A stretch of DNA of 64,000 bases from Azolla caroliniana (taxonomy: Eukaryota > Plantae > Polypodiophyta), in contig JBHGNT010000009.1 of assembly GCA_043228905.1 (NCBI GenBank), forward strand, positions 18,786,001-18,850,000, read 5' to 3'. This document shows, piece after piece, positions 39,254-51,765 of this stretch. The notes beneath the pieces were generated by a model. The model had not been told where the DNA came from, ran no database searches, and worked only from the letters and a program-made list of their open reading frames with translations. Positions within the stretch are counted from its first letter, which is position 1. Each line of letters begins with the position of its first letter. Made by a program: the position numbers and the translations under genes.

Positions 39254-40024
39254 ATGGTGTTGATGCTAGTGGCCATGAAAGGGCATCCTGGAAGCGGCAA
39301 GTCCACACTGGCACGCAGCCTTGGACGATCTTTACATTGGCCGGTCATCGACAAAGACGATGTTCGCGATTACATGTGCCCCGAAGTGCATCGACTCGAC
39401 ACCGGAATGATCACAACTAATCACAACAATCATATACATAGCAATGAGCACATCGATTACATAGTGTGCAATCACCATGAGATCAAGAGGAAGGCGGTGC
39501 AATATAAGAATGTTGATTCTTTGCCGTGTAGTTCAATGGCATTGATGAACTCGTTGGCATATGGGATCATGTGGCGGATGGCACGGACTCAACTCGTCGA
39601 CTTAGGGTTGAATGTGATTGTCGACAGCCCTCTTTCATGCCCTTCGTTGCTCGCATCAGCTATGGAGATTGTGGAGGAGCGTTCGTGCCGCTCCAGCGAC
39701 CTGGCCCGTCTCGTCGTCATCGAGTGCATGGCTAGAGATGCCACTCTCTGGCGGACACGCCTGGAGGCTCGATCCTATTCTTCTTCTTTGTCATGGCATA
39801 AGCCTCAAAGGTGGGAGGACCTCCAAGCCCTCCTCCATGCTTATGATGGATGTTGGGATTACCCTATTGATCCCTCTAGTTGTGTTAGGAAGCTTGTGGT
39901 TGACACAACATCTAGTGACGATGTCTCGGGATTTACCGACTCTGTGCTTCATTGGATCAACAATGTCTCGGATGAAACCCCGGCAGTCTCCTTCGTTCCC
40001 AGGGCCAACTCCTCTTTAACATGA
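39254..40024 (+). CDS. Intronless P-loop NTPase/kinase (AAA_33-like), 256 aa
   Basis: Walker A GHPGSGKST after a hydrophobic strand, IDKDDVRD, VIVDSPL (Walker B-like), W..RLEAR lid, WHKP..W..LQ; upstream in-frame stop at 39233. Confidence 0.88.
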   Translation: MVLMLVAMKGHPGSGKSTLARSLGRSLHWPVIDKDDVRDYMCPEVHRLDTGMITTNHNNHIHSNEHIDYIVCNHHEIKRKAVQYKNVDSLPCSSMALMNSLAYGIMWRMARTQLVDLGLNVIVDSPLSCPSLLASAMEIVEERSCRSSDLARLVVIECMARDATLWRTRLEARSYSSSLSWHKPQRWEDLQALLHAYDGCWDYPIDPSSCVRKLVVDTTSSDDVSGFTDSVLHWINNVSDETPAVSFVPRANSSLT

Positions 40025-41986
40025 GCAATCATATGAAACGAATTCGTTGTCTATATATAAATATATATCATGGTCTCGATATGTGAACCAAGTTTGATGA
40101 TTTAGGAAAGGATAAGCATGTACTTGGCCCACTGAATTGTTTGGCATGCTCTCTACAGACTACTTCTTATGTTACATTAGAATAGTTATGAAAACATCTA
40201 CCTATGTATATGTTGAGACTCGAGAGTGCTTTGTAATGATTGTGATGAGGACTTTATCATGATGGGGAAGGGAGGGTAGAGGAGGGAAGCAAAGTTATTG
40301 GTCCCATCTAAGGGCAATGAGAGGTAGTGAAATTGTATAGCACCTTTTTATGAGTCTTTTAGTTGTGTGTTCAAGAATCAAGACAATATTGAACACATTA
40401 TTGTGAGAGGATTATGAGCATTTAATCCTAACAGTCAAATTTGGTCCAAGTCCCAAATGACTACATTTCCATATAAGATTTTTAAAAATCTTTTTCTGTA
40501 GTAAAGCTAACCTAATGACGTGAAGAATCAATAATTCTTTTTGTAATGGATATTGTGAAGGAAGAGGTTTCCACTTCAAGTTTTAGGACGAGTTTTTAAT
40601 GTTTTGGCCTTATTTAATATATGATAATCATTTGAAATCTACCTTGGAACGCACCTAGAATTATGAATTATTCATTTATAAACTCAAAATTTAAATATCC
40701 TTAATCCAATACTCTTCCAAAAGCCTTTCTCTTTAGAGGAAGGATGTAGGAATAGAATATTCCCAAAAGCCATTGGCCAACAAGTTGACTTCATCTTGCA
40801 TCCATAAAAGACTATATCATGAATCATGATTACTTGTGGCTGCATCTCTTTTAATCTTGGCATACTACTTTATAAAGTTTCAACAGTTAACTTCAATGTC
40901 CACAATAATCTTGTTAAGGATAGTAGTATGTGTTTAGCACTTGCCATTTAATACATTATCTATCTTGTGCGAAATATTGAGAAACACACGATATTGTAGG
41001 CTTACAAGCAAAACCTTGCACGTCAAGAAATACAAGAAACATCAACATCTCCCCATGTGACAATTCTAGTGCATCTAGATTTAGAGTTCCTATAGGAGCT
41101 TCATTACTACTAATAGAGACCAAGAAAACTTTCCTGGAACAAGCAAAAGACAACACATCATTCTTCACATTGCCAACTTCCCTCACTTTGCTTCGACACG
41201 TTTACTAAAAGAGACCAAGAAAACTTCATGATGACTATGGGCAAGTATACAATTAAGGCACAGACACCAATTCAAAAGTACATGTGAACATTCGTCTAAT
41301 GTGAGTTCACAATCTATGTGAAATGATGGTTATTTATAATACAACAAAAACTAAGATGCTGCCTTCATCAGAATTGGGTCTTCTGAAATATACTTATTTA
41401 TGGTTCATTATCTCTTGGATTTTGACCATTTTCTGCATTCTTCTTTAGTCTTATCCTACTTCAATCTTAATGGCATTTAGTTGAACCGACAATGCCTCAG
41501 GTCTCATCTTACCTAATATTCAATCCTTACTGCCTCATGTGAATAAAGAAGATGTATAAGCCAACAGAATGTTTGTCACAGGATATCAGAAATTGGAATA
41601 CAGCTATTATAGAGTGTAAATTACCTTTGGTCTTCATTATCCACAATTTTTCATCATTTCAGTTCTGATTTGTTTCATCTCACAGGATATAAGTAAGAAG
41701 GGAATTGTGCATTCAAACTCTACCATACACAGACATGCAATATATTCGTAACCACTCTCCACTGCTAGGCATGAGAGGCAATGCAAGACATTAAGAAGCA
41801 ACCAGAATGTGTATACGGACTAATGTTTTCGAACTATGTTACATCATACCAGACTGCAAATTCATATTAAAATAATCAACATTAACCTACATAATTGCTT
41901 AAGCTATTTATCTAAAGTTGACCAAGATGATTACTAATCACTGAATTACTTCAAATAACCACAACCAGGTTTGTGCGCATATATCT

Positions 41987-44900
41987 TTAACGAGTTTTTT
42001 CTGGATCTTCGAGGTTAGCATTTACAAGGTCGGTTACATGGGGGTAGGAAACCTTCTCATCAAGCTGATTTTGGACACAAAGAAGCATCTTCAACAAGCC
42101 AGGAAGCTTTGGATCTATCAAGAGATAAAACAACACCATTAGGGTGCATATTTAAATATTATTGTATCCCCCTAAAAGAAAACACTTACAACCTTTTTCA
42201 TGACTTTGGCTTGTGAGGATAGCTGCATTTAATTCGCTAGCAGTCTTCTGCCGTTGTGATACATCTAAGAGATCCCCTACAGGACATGTTGAAATGTCTT
42301 CAAATGCTAGTAGAGCCACAGTGCGTTCCAATTCTTGAAGAAAGGCATGCTGTCAACAACAAAAATTAATACTTGCTGTCATTGATGCATTATATTTGCA
42401 ATTAGCATGATGCTGGAAGGATATGAGATCATGTTATGATAAATCTCTTTGAGAATTGCGAAGCAATTGATAGGGAAAAAGGAAAAGTAATTTGAAATTG
42501 AGAGTAGAAAGAGAACAGCAAAATCAATATCGGGTTAGTTTCAATTCGCAATGGCAAGAAAATAAAAATTTATGAGTGAAATGTGTTTGCCCTTTGTTAA
42601 TTTTGGCCTGCATAATTAGGGCAGATTTAGCAGACTATATGATGTATAGCTGCAAGTAATACTTCCAGAAGTAATTTAAGGTAACACTCAGATATATATC
42701 TGAGTTTTTTCTTTATTTACCCAAATGCACAGCCTTCCCAGGTCCAAATTCCACATTTAACATTCTGCAGTGATGTAGATTATCATAATAATCATGTGGG
42801 ATCTTTTGGTTTAAATATAGCTGCAGAAATATATGCAGTAGCGTAGTAGGGAAACCCTATTGAGTTCTCTCTTGCTTATATACCATCCAACAACCAAAGA
42901 TCCTTTTTCCTGTTTCCCCTAACCACCTAAGCAATGACTATGAAACACCCTAACACCATTATATACTAACCTGATCTGAGAATATCATTCCCAACAACAA
43001 AAACTCATGTGATCATAATAGTCGTTAATGGTTATGTTTATGTGCATGGTGCACTATGAAGATACCCACAATGCACAACCTCAATGATGAACAGTACATC
43101 CAACAAGAGATTCACCTGAGCTGAGAAAATGTTCCCCAACTACACGAACGCATGCAGATATAGTAGTTAATGATTATGTGCATTGTGCATTGTGTGAAGA
43201 TACCCACAACAAGATATCTCAATGACCAGTACATCCATGTTTACATCATAGTTACAAGTAGGTAAGAAACACAAGAGACAGGCATCCCAAAGTAGAAAAG
43301 GAAGTTCATATTGAAAAGTTTGTTTTTAAATTATATATCCTCAAGAAGCATACAAAAACCATGAAAGAACTGTCACGCACAGCCAATAACCTGGAAAAGA
43401 AGCTTCATATTGAAAAGTTTGTTTTTATATTATATATCTTCAAAAAGCATACAAAAACCATGAAAGAACTGTCACGCACAGCCAATAACCTGGAAAAGAA
43501 GCTCCATATTGAAAAGTTTGTTTCTATATTATATATCTTCAAAAAGCATACAAAAACCATGAAAGAACTGTCAACCACAGCCAATAGCCTGGAAAAGAAG
43601 CTACATATTGAAAAGTTTGTTTTTATATTATATATCTTCGAAAAGCATACAAAAACCATGAAAGAACTGTCAGCCACATCCAATAACCTGGAAAAGAAGC
43701 TCCAAAAGAAATTTAATTCATACAAACAAACTCCATTATCCTTTTGGGTTATATGAAGTGCTCACCATCCTATTCAGATTCTATTACCCTTTTTTAACTA
43801 ACTGCAGATAATCGAGGCTCCATCTTGTATGCCAAGAAATTATAGATGGATCAAGTCAATGAAACTTATTGAGTCCTAGTTGGAAAACCTGCCAATACTC
43901 ACAAAGCCATTGCACAACAGCAAGAATAGGAACAACGTAAGATGAGCATTCACAACTTAACCTTAAATTTGAATGGGAAGAGGTTGTTGGGGAGAAGGCC
44001 CTCAATGACCCCTTTATAGTGTATACATGTGTATAGGCCTAATTATAAAGACCAAATGTCACTTATCACTTATTCTTTATTCTTCGGCCAAGTTTAGTGT
44101 GAACTTGGCCAACCCTAAACAGGTCATATAAAACATGAGTTTAGAGATTTTGGATCTCATTCCGAAAAAGGTGAGTTCCTCCAACTGTTGCGCTCTCCAT
44201 TTCAGCCATCTCTCTACTGCTGCACCTAAAGCGCCCATACTTTGGTGACTCCCATGTGTTCCTCAGCTCTATTGACATCATTTCTGTCCCTTTCAACTGG
44301 TATCCGAGCGGATCTAGGGTTTCAGAACTGCTGTACACGTGCTATCAGCAAAGAAAGGTGTTCTATCTCGATAATCTTCAGTTCCATCACAAAGAACCTT
44401 GCTCCGGAGCTTCGAGGAACTTCTTGGGCATCTCAATAGTCCATAACAGGTGGTTTTTAGGTGATTTACAGGCAAAAACAGGTTTTTCAGCAAAATATCA
44501 GTGGTTCTAGCAAATTCTCACGTTTTTGCAAGTTTTCTCACTATCAACGTGCAAAACACATACATTGGAAGAGATATCCTGTTGGAATTTCTACAATTCT
44601 GCAAATTTATCCATGTATGACAAGTGGAGTATTTTGCTGTAATTTTCTGCAAAACAGAGCCAACATGCATCTAAAAGCTAAGTATTAGCTTTATGTATGT
44701 TCTCTGAGGTTAAAAACAACGAAGTTAGTTGTTTTCTAGCACAAATTAAGGTTCTAAAATTCTATGCGCAAAAAATTCAAAGATCACTTTTTGTGCCCAA
44801 AATTACTTATTTTTGCCTCAAATTGCTCCTGTCACCTTTTGGAGTTGTGGTGCACTGTTTCTTGAGGTTATTCTCTGATTTTGGTGCATTTGGCCTAAAA

Positions 44901-47900
44901 TTCCAACAGGTTAACCTCTTCATTGTGCAACTATGGTGTCGTCTTCTTCGGATGTGAAGAATCTATTTGAGATTGACGATTTGAGGGAACAGGTTTCGAA
45001 TTGTGGAAGGAGAGAATGCAGGATGATCACTGTTTGTACACTAAAAGAGATGAAAATGGCAGGCTCAATCATTCTTGTACTATATGTAGATGATATGCTC
45101 ATAGCTGGCAAGAAAAGGAACACTGTTGATGCCTTTAAATGTCCATAAAAAGCAGCTGAAATCTGCATTTTCAATGAAAGGCTGAACATGTACTTTAAGT
45201 AAGAATTAGGAGACAAAGGGAGCAACCCACATTGTATTTATCTCAGGAAAAGTACGTTGAAAAGGTGTTGGAAAGATTTTGTATTGCTGATGCAAAGCCT
45301 TTTGGAGTGCCATTGCAGCCATATGATAAAATCTCCAAGGAAGATTGTCCTAAGACACAAGAAGCAATCAATGACATGCAAGGTGTACCTTATGCTTCAG
45401 CTTGTGGTTCACTTATGTATGCTATGGTTGCTACTAGACTTGATATTGCCTCTACAGTGGGAGTTGTAATCTGATTCATGGCTAATCCGGGCAAGGCACA
45501 TTGGAATGCAGTAAAGTCCATGAGGTACTTAAAAGGGACTAAAAATAAATGCCTCTATTATGGAAAAGACCCATTAGAGTTGAAGGGTTTCCATGACTTT
45601 GACATGGCAGGTGATGTGAATACACGGAAATCCACAAGTGGTTATGTATTCACACTTGCAAGCGTTGTTGTATCACGGTGGTTGCTTTGTCCACTACTGA
45701 GGCTGAATATATTTCAGCCACTAAGGCTTCCAAGGAAGCGATATGGTTGGTTGTGATAGCCACAATGCCATCGGTTTGGCAAAGAATGCTATGTTTCATG
45801 CACGCACAAAATATATTGATGTGCGATATCACTTCATTCGAGAAGTGCTTGAGGATAGCCTTATCACATTGATAAAGGTCCACATATCACACAACCCTGC
45901 AAATATACTCACCAAGTGCTTACCCAAAGCACAACATCTGATATGTATACAGATGGTGGGAGTCACGTAGCGTAAAGGCGTCATTCATGCCTTTAAGTGG
46001 GAGGTTGTTGGGGTAAAGGCCCTAAATGACCCCCTTATAGTGTATACATCTGTATAGGCCTAATTATAAAGGCCAAAAGTCACTTATCACTTATTCTTTA
46101 TTTTTGGGCCAAGTTCAATGTGAACTTGGCCAACCCTAAATGGGTCATATAAAACATAAGTTTAGAACTTTTGGATCTCACTCCAAAAAAGGAGAGCTCC
46201 TCCAACTGCTACGCTCTCCATTTCAACCGCCGCTCTACTATTGCACCTAAAGCACCCATACTTTGGTGACTCCCGTGTGTTCCTCAGCTCTATTGACATA
46301 ATTTTTGTCCCTTTCAACTGGTATCAGAAAGGGACATTGAAGAATGAAATTTGAGATGTGAAAACTGTGGAAGACTATTATTCAACCCTCACTGCAACCA
46401 CTCAAAGACACCGATCAAGCTCACCACAAACACTCAAGAATCTACAGCACAAAATATCAAAGAACACTCATACAAGAGAAAAACCCGAAGCCCTAGTTTG
46501 AGATTTGACAACAGTGGAAGTCTGCTATGCAACCACTCAAACTCGCTGCAATCACCAAGAATCTAAATGACAAAATAGCGTTTTCAACCATCGGACCTTT
46601 TACATGTAAGCAAGCAAGCAAGCAGCAGCTGCTTTTAAGTGACATTTTCAGAGTGACTTTTAGGCGAATTGGAAGTATTAAAGATTGCTTCACACAAGAA
46701 ATAGATCCCAAATCCTATATGTTTATATACCATCCACCTGCGCCCTTTCTGAAAAATGACACTGCCTTGAATGAGCTGATGGGAGAGTTTTGAATACTCA
46801 AAATTGATCACTTAGAACATAAAAAATATTTCCAGTTGTTAAAAGAACAAGGTCAAATTACATAATGAGGGCACCATTGATAACCTCAATTGTAATGGCA
46901 AGATTAAGATCTCTTATATTGCATGCACATATAACAATAATGAAGATCTAGAACATGTCCCCAGGATTTATATAAAAGTAATCAATAGATCCTAATAAAA
47001 AAATCTTAGCAGATTACTTCACATAAAACAAGATTAAGACATATCTTATTACTTACATTTTCTTCGCCTCTGGGTGCCAATTCTTCTTGAGCAAACTCTA
47101 AAGCTTCTTCTATTTTCCCACATCGTATGAGTTCGATAAGTCTTTGCTGTTGGAGATGGAAAAATAATTGTGGATTTGTATCTAAAATCTGTAAATGAAG
47201 CAGCAACACCTTAACTTGTGACAGCAAAACCAGATATTTTAAACTCAAAGAAATGTTCCATATACTAACCTCTGGATTCAAATCATTCACTTTCTCAATG
47301 GCATCCTGAACATTGCCACATTGAATAGCTTTTCGTACGGACATCCTATCTGTGATCGTCCCAAGATCCATATCTGCTATTCTTAGCTAAGGAAATATAA
47401 CCCATATGCTGCAGATCACAAGAATAATATAGTGGCAACGAGTGTCACCACAAATGTTTCATGGTTTCAAGATTTTGTTTCAGAAGTTTGTTCATTTCAA
47501 AGAGACAGACATTTTGTAAAATAAATAAGAATTAAAAATGCTAAAAATTTTATTAGACACTTTCACCAAAAACACCTTCCGCGGTTTCACTTATTTAGAC
47601 ATTGCTGTTACTTTTTGTACTATTCATGTCCTGTCTATATTGCATAAATCTTCTTGCTTATCTATCTTCTGTCATTCTTCTTACTCTCCATCCTCTTCTG
47701 AAAAATTAGACATGCTCTTTGTTCTTGTAACTTATCTGCTCCATAGCAATCAAACTTCACACAGGTGTCTAATGCTTTAACTTGTGAATGAAATTAGTCT
47801 GCCTATGGTTTTATTCCAATTAAAGACACCGGCTTTCACAACAAATTGCACAAAACTGTCTAATATACTATAAACCTCATTCTTTTCCCACTGTTTCCAA

Positions 47901-49747
47901 TTTTCTGGGCAATAGCTTCACCATAATTAAGCCACACAAAACCAAAACCGTTGTTTTCTATCCAAGTTATACCATGGATCTTGCAATAATCTTTGTTGCA
48001 CATCACACATATACATGGTGTAGTGAAAACGAGCCCAACTCAGCTTCAAAGAGATTTCCACACCCTGTTGAACATTAAAAGCATTGTATTGTTTCCAAAA
48101 CCACATATTGTTTCAAGAAAGTGAACCAAACAGTTTGTGATCTTCAAAATATCTGCATACTTGCACAGTCTATCATCAAAGTGAACAAACAAGTTGTGAT
48201 CTTCAAACCCGTATGGTCTCTAAGGATCACATCGTATTTCACAACAACAAACAAACAATTTCAGATGCTCAAAAACATTGGAAATTGTCACTTATTTTGC
48301 AAAAGGTGACCAAAAGAAATTCTTATCTTCAGAAATATCATATTTTTGCAGAAATAGAACATAATTTCATAGCTGTTAACCAAGCAAGTGGCAATCTTTA
48401 AAAAAACATATTTTCATGAAACCAAACCAAATAAATTGTGATCCCCAAAATGATCACATGTCCTCTACATAAAAGACGTCATTCATGACTGATAAGCCGC
48501 ATATAGTTTGTTTAGCTTGCTACCAACCAAGCCTTGATATTTCATAATGTTTCATCGAATTGCATATTGTTACACAGAAAAGGTAAACGAAACAACTTGT
48601 GATCTTCAAAAGCATCACATTGTTTCTGAAATATAATGCATTATTCCATGAATGCAAAAAAGACAAGTTGTGGTCTTCAAAAAACATCTTATTCGTCCCA
48701 CAGATAGACATCACTTCATGAGAAAGAGGGGATACTTTAGGAAAATTGCACATTACTTCATGACAGCAAGCCAAATAAGTTATGATCTTCAGGAAATGAC
48801 GAATTATTCCATGATTGCAAACTAGAAAAGTTATGCTCTTAAAAAATCTCATGTTAACCTGAATTGACACATTACAACATGTGATCTTCAAAACATCATA
48901 CATATGTATGGCTACTAAATTCAGAGCAGAGGCACATAACAAAGAAAGGAAAGGAAAAATAAGAAGTTATCTATAATCACCAGAAAAAGAAGGGAAAAAA
49001 AGACAAGTGAAATATACATGTAAGAAAAGAAGACAAGTTACATAAATATATATAGCATGAAAACAAAGAAAATAAAACAAGTTATGCTTGTATACATACA
49101 CATAACATGCAATAACTTCTGGATACGTTCTGTTCCTGTCTCCATCTGAAACTTCTCAGCTGCCTCAACATATCCTTCTGTCACAAGATAATTCATGACA
49201 ATCCTATTCATCTCTGATTTCTGAATCTTCACATCATTAAGCTTTTTCTCCCATTCCTCCCTAGTGTACACCTTCTTTGAAGAAGACTATATTTTTGTTT
49301 CACCATAAAATCATACCATAATGTCAGAAACATGGAGGAAGCAAAAGCAAGATTGAATGTCAAAGAATGATCTTCATTCTAAGAACAGAACAGAAACAAT
49401 TCCAGAATTCCAAAGGAAGCCAAAAGAAAAATGCAAACGCAAGATTGGATGTGGAAGAAAAAGAAAAACAAGGATTAAAAGAGCCAACTCAAAGAAAAAA
49501 CAAGAAAATTGTGGAATGAAATCACAATTAAAAACGAGATATTTCTTGACAATCATACTTTTCAACCACATACATCAGACAATAAAGTCAGAAATACAAA
49601 GAACCAAAACCGCACAAGCAAGTTTTAATGTCAAAGAATCAGTTCAAAGAAAAAGAGACGCAGATGTGGAATAGAAATCACATTCCAAATTTGAAAACAG
49701 GAACAGTAATAAGATCTGAGGTTTTTCTTTCTAGGTTAACTAACCAT
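41987..49747 (-). CDS. GID8: GID8/TWA1 LisH-CTLH-CRA subunit of the CTLH E3 ligase, ~228 aa. Coding exons 49747-49745, 49286-49127, 47376-47270, 47188-47057, 42349-42193, 42114-41987
   Basis: [43 protein letters not shown] (LisH); [51 protein letters not shown] (CTLH); [38 protein letters not shown] (CRA); exons sum to 687 nt. Confidence 0.93.
43292..43705. repeat. 120-bp tandem repeat, ~3.5 units, in a GID8 intron
   Basis: gaaaagaagcttcatattgaaaagtttg...aagcatacaaaaaccatgaaagaactgtca..cagccaataacctg repeats with period 120. Confidence 0.95.
43985..46316 (+). mobile_element. Internally deleted Ty1/copia element in a GID8 intron, antisense to the host; LTRs 43985-44295 and 46006-46316 (311 bp each)
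   Basis: Both LTRs TGTTGGGG...TTTCA; PBS tggtatccgagc at 44298; RT/RNase H remnants [51 protein letters not shown]; PPT aagtgggagg; gag and integrase missing. Confidence 0.9.
48100..48900. repeat. Degenerate tandem repeat in a GID8 intron
   Basis: Core aaacaagttgtgatcttcaaa recurs ~8 times (e.g. ~48128, 48187, 48430, 48590, 48662, 48775, 48880). Confidence 0.7.
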
Positions 49748-50074
49748 AATTTGGTGCTTGATGATCTTGCGCGTTGTGCTTCAGAAGGAACGCATTGGTC
49801 TGTAGGAAAAAGAGGAAGGTTTACAGGGCGTTTCAAATTCCCGGAAGGAGATCAAAACTGAATGAGCGAGTGTGGAGGATCGATCTCTGCAAAAAAAAGG
49901 AAAGAAGAGAGGACGAGGAATCGAACACGAGCCTTACCGTTTCGGATGCGTTTCGGAGGTCCCGTTTCTGAAGCGAACGGCAAATAGCGAAACGGAAGAA
50001 CAAGAAACGCAAAAGCTACACTGAAAAACTCAAGTCTCGAATTTAACTAATTAATTTTTTAATTGCTTTATTTT

Positions 50075-50320
50075 TTTGTTCATGCCAAGCTACTCAAAAT
50101 CGAGGATTACCTATTTATTTATTTATTTATTTGTTCATGCCAACTCAAAATCCCGAATTATTTTATTTATTTATTTATTTAATTATATATTCATGCCAAG
50201 CTATGTACTCAAAATCCAGAATTATTTATTTATTTATTTATTCATGCCAAGCTACTCAAAATCGAGGATTATTTATTTGTTTGTTTGTTCATGCCAAGTT
50301 ACTAAAAATCCAGAATTATA
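50075..50320. repeat. ~55-bp tandem repeat (5 units) just upstream of GID8
   Basis: ttcatgccaagctactcaaaatc.agaattattt(attt)n repeated. Confidence 0.9.
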
Positions 50321-50329
50321 AAATGGAGA

Positions 50330-51125
50330 GGTAGGAATTCAGGATCAAGGAACTCTTTACGCCTCGGAAGCTTACACTGGAGTGTTATATTCCCATAGTC
50401 ACTAGCTGAACAAGAGCCTAGGAAAGCTTATTTTTTAGCAAAGAAGGGGCTGAAATCAATTGCAGATGTGGTAAATGACCAAGGTCACTTATTGCACTTC
50501 AATGACATCACATGTCATTATCGTCTTGGGCCACATCATCGCGTTATCTGGAATCAAATCACAGAGTTGGTACTTTCCTTTGTACATGTGCCACCTCTAG
50601 ATGGAGATCGCAAGATTCAGGATTAGATGTTACAAAAAGGGAACATTGTTATTCCAATGCATAACATTACAAAACATTTAGTGTATATGTTGTTGCAACT
50701 TGTCCCATGGTTTCACGAACATGCAAATGCATTATGGAACCTACACAAAACACAATCCTGGTGGAAAACGGGCTTACAAGCTTATGCAGCTCCGGTCTTC
50801 CACTTAAGCAAGGGGTATTCCTAGGGAGATGCCTATTGGGTGTGCTCCCGACTGGGTCGAATCTTCAAAAGAGATCGATAGCCTCACCGCATTGTGCAAG
50901 ATGTGGTGGATGATTGGAAATGATCCCATAGTTATTATGGACTTGCTCATTCACTATAACATTTTAGGGGCCCGCCAATTGGCTTGTTGTACACATTATA
51001 GATTCGTGATAGAATAAAGTCTTCAAACCCTCTTTGTTTCAAGAAAATTAAGAAGTATGTGTGGGGGAAGTGGCAATTCAAACTTCTACCCTTCCGCATT
51101 TCCCACATGGACCTACCATGACCAC
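50330..51125 (+). mobile_element. LINE 3' fragment (zf-RVT region)
   Basis: RCLLGVLPTGSNLQKRSIASPHCARCG; 3' end similar to that of the LINE at 53.6 kb (W..KWQF...P). Confidence 0.65.
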
Positions 51126-51321
51126 ACACAGGTACACTTAACATACTTGTGTGTATATCATTGAGGATGGTCATCTCCACAGTTCCAAAACGTATATAGA
51201 TGCCTTTGTTTTGCACGAGACAAACCAACTTGAATTCGCAATGTCCTGTACTCCAAGAGAGCATAACCATTGTTATCAAGTGTTCATATGTCAATGCTAT
51301 TACATCTTCTTCATACGAATA

Positions 51322-51670
51322 GTTGCCCTTAGAGGTCCTCGACATCACAACATCTAGAACTTGCATGCAGAAGTTTGAGATTTGTGGCATAACATCATCG
51401 TTTGTGGTGGCACAATCTTGATGATCTGTAATGACGAATAATTGTCCCTAGAGGTCCTCGACATCACAACATCCAGAACTTGCATGCAGAAGTTCGAGAT
51501 TGTGGCATAACATCATCGTTTGTGGTGGCACACTCTTGATGATCTGTAATGATGAATAATTGTCCCTAGAGGTCCTCAACATCACAACATCCAGAACTTG
51601 CATGCAAAAGTACGAGATTTTGGCATAACATCATCCTTTGTGGTGGCACAATCTTGATGAGTTGTAATGG
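51322..51670. repeat. ~120-bp tandem repeat, ~3 units
   Basis: tgtccctagaggtcctcgacatcacaacatccagaacttgcatgcagaagt...gtggtggcacaatcttgatga repeated three times. Confidence 0.95.
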
Positions 51671-51683
51671 AGCCATGACTTAT

Positions 51684-51759
<76 letters not shown>

Positions 51760-51765
<6 letters not shown>

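Noticed and set aside
42686-42705. 20-bp palindrome actcagatatatatctgagt
   Set aside because: Short and centred on an AT dinucleotide run; not enough to infer function.
43361-43756. 131-aa ORF of three 40-aa repeats
   Set aside because: Translation of the intronic 120-bp tandem repeat; both strands open; no recognisable domain.
17887-49747. Idea that RAN1, SAS-4-like, kinase and GID8 form a functional cluster
   Set aside because: Unrelated pathways and no shared regulatory evidence in the sequence; ordinary gene neighbourhood.
50075-50320. Repeat-spacer-like pattern resembling a CRISPR array
   Set aside because: The 'spacers' are (ATTT)n runs, the context is eukaryotic and there are no cas genes.
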